Assembly (NCBI GenBank): GCA_041666305.1
Contig: JBAYHD010000005.1
Location: 1-55,207, forward strand
Origin: Minisyncoccota bacterium
Lineage (GTDB): Bacteria; Patescibacteriota; Minisyncoccia; Phycocordibacterales; Phycocordibacteraceae
DNA length: 55,207 nt
Direction of reading: 5' to 3'
Under the pieces are notes generated by a model. The model was not told the DNA's origin. It saw only the letters and a list, made by a program, of their open reading frames with translations, and did not search any database. The translations under genes and the position numbers were made by a program. Positions 53,052 through 55,207 of this stretch are shown piece after piece (the stretch's first letter is position 1; every line of letters starts with the position of its first letter).

Positions 53052-54355
53052 TGTTGGAGAAGCGCAGTCAGAGACTGCTCGGCGGAGACGAGCGCGGATT
53101 GAAGACTCAAACGGCCGCTTATCACACTTCCAATCATACCCGAGAACACCGCGTCGGTATCGGTGGGTGCTGGGGACAGCCATCCGCGGGCATACAGCGC
53201 CTCAGCGTATGCGACCGCTCCCACAGGGTCGGTCGGCACGCTCGAAAGTTGATTCAGCGTCGCCGGAGCGAGACCCGTATTCGCGACGGCAACGACCTGT
53301 TCGGCGGAATTGGTCAGGAGCACGGCCGTTTGATATGCACCCGCCGGATTTTTTGCTCCACGCGGAGCCATGAACGCATATACGAGCCCGTACGTACTTT
53401 TCAGCTGCGACGTTGCGGGCTGCGGCACAACGCTAACACTGAAATCAAGGTTTGGGTTCGCCGAACGCAAGTAGCGCGCCTCGGAAACGTACCCGAGATA
53501 GAGCGCGAGATCGCCCGAAAGGAATGATTGTTGTGAGTCCGGCAACGACGAATTCCACGTGTATGAGATCTTTGAAGGATCGGCGAACTGCGTGTAGAAA
53601 CCAAGCACCGTGGGCCCCGGAGCCCTTCCGACTGTCGTGGCTAATCCGAGGTTCGCGGCAATGACGCCGCCGGTCGAATATCCGGAAACCGGAACGCCTT
53701 GCTGCAAAAAGAGCGTGGAAAGTATCCCGCGCGCGTTGTGAACGTTTGTGTATGTGCCGAGGGCGATAAGACCGCGCGTGATCTGTCGCGAGGGTGTGAG
53801 TATCGCGATATTTGGCACAAGACCGGTCAGTGCTTCCCATGAAGCCGGGGGTCTTGCGATGCCGCTGCTCTGCAAAATGGCGCGATTGGAGAACAACACG
53901 AGCGGGTCCACGAGAAATGGAATGCCCCAGTAGCCGGTTCCTCCCCGTGTGGCGAATATGCTCGCTCCTCCGATGAATGCGTTCGTGAACGTGCTTTGGG
54001 AAAGCGTCGCGGAAGGTATCGGTGTGATGAATTTCGTAAGCGGTTGAAGCTCCTCCTGTGTAGCAAGCACGAGATCGGGCGCGGCGCCGGTCGCTATCGC
54101 CGAAGCGAGATCGGCCGGCAAGGTTGCGGTATTTTTCTGCACATAGGAAACGCTTTTCAGTGACGGATCAATTCCGGTCGCTGCGACCAGAGTCGCTTCC
54201 ATAGCCGAGGACGGTAGCGTGCCCCAAATCACGACCGTGCCAATGGCGCTTGCGTTGTTACTTTTGCTCGTATAGGTGGCGAAGACGAACAGCCCGACCA
54301 GGGCGCCGATACCGAATACCGCAAAAAGGATCCATTGAAAGAGGGAGATTTTCAT
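53048..54355 (-). CDS. Extracellular solute-binding protein (ABC sugar-type SBP fold), membrane-anchored, orphan
   Basis: 435 aa; N-terminal TM helix; VVIWGTL, APDLVL, GIPFLVDPLVLFSN..PPASWEAL typical of family-1 SBPs. No permease or ATPase gene in the window. Confidence 0.7.
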   Translation of the reverse strand: MKISLFQWILFAVFGIGALVGLFVFATYTSKSNNASAIGTVVIWGTLPSSAMEATLVAATGIDPSLKSVSYVQKNTATLPADLASAIATGAAPDLVLATQEELQPLTKFITPIPSATLSQSTFTNAFIGGASIFATRGGTGYWGIPFLVDPLVLFSNRAILQSSGIARPPASWEALTGLVPNIAILTPSRQITRGLIALGTYTNVHNARGILSTLFLQQGVPVSGYSTGGVIAANLGLATTVGRAPGPTVLGFYTQFADPSKISYTWNSSLPDSQQSFLSGDLALYLGYVSEARYLRSANPNLDFSVSVVPQPATSQLKSTYGLVYAFMAPRGAKNPAGAYQTAVLLTNSAEQVVAVANTGLAPATLNQLSSVPTDPVGAVAYAEALYARGWLSPAPTDTDAVFSGMIGSVISGRLSLQSALVSAEQSLTALLQQ

Positions 54356-54894
54356 ACCGTGGGAGACGTGAAGACAATGCCGTAATGATGCGGTCCGGCA
54401 CGGAAGGATTTCACTTTATGAAAACCGCCGTTGATGAAGAAATCCTCCGCCTGATGTTCGGAAACGACTTTCTCCGGCGCGGGACCCATGCCCCCGTAAC
54501 TTCCCGCCCAGTCCACCACCATGAGCTTGCCGCCGGGCTTCAGTACGCGTTTCATTTCCTTCAAGAGCGCAAAGCGATTTTCTATCTGGAAAAAGGTGTT
54601 GGCGAGCAAAATGGCGTCGAGCGACCCGTCGCGCAGATGCGTGCCGCCGGGCTTTTCAATGTCGCCCCAAATCGTGTTGATGATGTTTTGGTGGTGTACG
54701 TGCGCATTGAGTTTGATGTGCTTCAGTACATCTTCCTGCACATCGATTGCATACACTTTCCCGCCGTGGCCCACGACCGCGGCGGCGGCACGCGTGTAAT
54801 GGCCGGAGCCGGCGCCGAAGTCGCCGACCTTCATTCCTTCTCGCAGGCCGAGCTGAAGAACATTCTCGTGGGGAGAACTGAAATGCGCGCTCAT
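54352..54894 (-). CDS. Class I SAM-dependent methyltransferase
   Basis: 180 aa; VGDFGAGSGHYT motif I; ATGA overlap with the SBP gene. Its start codon abuts hairpin element copy 4. Confidence 0.8.
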   Translation of the reverse strand: MSAHFSSPHENVLQLGLREGMKVGDFGAGSGHYTRAAAAVVGHGGKVYAIDVQEDVLKHIKLNAHVHHQNIINTIWGDIEKPGGTHLRDGSLDAILLANTFFQIENRFALLKEMKRVLKPGGKLMVVDWAGSYGGMGPAPEKVVSEHQAEDFFINGGFHKVKSFRAGPHHYGIVFTSPTV

Positions 54895-54895
54895 A

Positions 54896-55030
54896 CCCGG
54901 TGAGGACTACTTGGCATTGCTCCTCCGTGTCGGACGGAGAATAAAATCGTGCCGCTAGTAAAATGATTGAGGGTCATATTTTAAAATGGATTTGTGGAGC
55001 AGTGACACTATGCCAAGTTGTCCTACCGGG
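54896..55030 (-). repeat. Hairpin element copy 4 (135 bp), abuts the methyltransferase start codon
   Basis: Arms CCCGGTGAGGACTACTTGGCAT (54896-54917) and ATGCCAAGTTGTCCTACCGGG (55010-55030); flanked by CATA at 54892-54895 and 55031-55034. Confidence 0.9.
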
Positions 55031-55136
55031 CATACTATATAAAATACCACGCGCGGCCCGCCTCTAGCCGCGCAATCAACACATAATGAACCACAGCCGC
55101 CTAGAAGGCGGCTGTATCCTTAGCGCACTAAAGTGC

Positions 55137-55207
55137 TTAGTTAGGAAAATCCACGATGGTGAAGTCGTCTCCACGTTTGTCGAAGTCTTCGTCCTGGTTT
55201 TTGATAT
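55137..55207 (-). CDS. 3' end of an unidentified gene entering from the right edge
   Basis: Open frame ...IKNQDEDFDKRGDDFTIVDFPN-stop, followed by a GC hairpin at 55093-55115; too short to identify. Confidence 0.25.
   Translation of the reverse strand, partial: IKNQDEDFDKRGDDFTIVDFPN

Noticed and set aside
29139-55030. Hairpin elements as integron attC sites
   Set aside because: The structure is superficially similar: imperfect inverted repeats with an extrahelical base and a variable centre of about 60-140 bp. However, there are no R''/R' core sites (RYYYAAC/GTTRRRY), no integrase and no cassette array. The adjacent genes are housekeeping genes in both orientations on the chromosome.
29139-55030. 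Hairpin elements as a CRISPR array or CRISPR remnants
   Set aside because: The copies are 3-16 kb apart. The repeats are inverted pairs, not direct repeats with spacers, and there are no cas genes.

Overview
55.2-kb chromosomal window, gene-dense and mostly housekeeping. I call about 59 protein genes and 7 tRNAs. I see no rRNA, CRISPR array, transposase or integrase. Recognisable genes are uvrB, tgt, dnaX, serS, dprA, topA, a short Rel/SpoT, parB, miaA, clpB, infB (lacking the long N-terminus), rbfA, murI and rpmG, plus a Dus, a class-V cysteine desulfurase, a peroxiredoxin, DsbA-like, ZIP, DedA and two NUDIX genes. The gene content suggests a small-genome Patescibacteria/CPR-type organism (inference only). 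The pointers are the short IF-2 and Rel, six tandem small T4SS-pilin-like membrane proteins, a VirD4/HerA-like ATPase next to a 905-aa membrane protein, a free-standing LAGLIDADG endonuclease and many membrane-anchored hypotheticals. Three genes missing from the ORF track were added by hand: a >=738-aa glycine-rich secreted protein running off the left edge, rpmG (51 aa) and a 51-aa membrane protein. The most unusual signals are in the DNA/RNA rather than the proteins. (1) Four 134-135 bp hairpin elements, plus a related 100-bp one, have conserved complementary ends and unrelated interiors. Each sits exactly against a start codon, is bracketed by a 4-nt direct repeat, and shows compensatory substitutions in its stems. 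(2) Short perfect palindromes of 24-27 nt recur in frame inside unrelated core genes (uvrB, tgt, ZIP, dus, dnaX, cysteine desulfurase). In tgt the palindrome occupies the position of the zinc-binding Cys triad. (3) Many genes have a -10 box 6-8 nt before the ATG (apparently leaderless). These include a mirrored 22-bp inverted repeat carrying two divergent -10 boxes and a single palindromic -10 shared by serS and dprA. (4) A 33-bp palindromic operator-like site occurs twice, flanking arsR. (5) Two orphan promoter-plus-terminator units are candidate structured RNAs. All functional readings are inference from sequence alone and need database or experimental checks.
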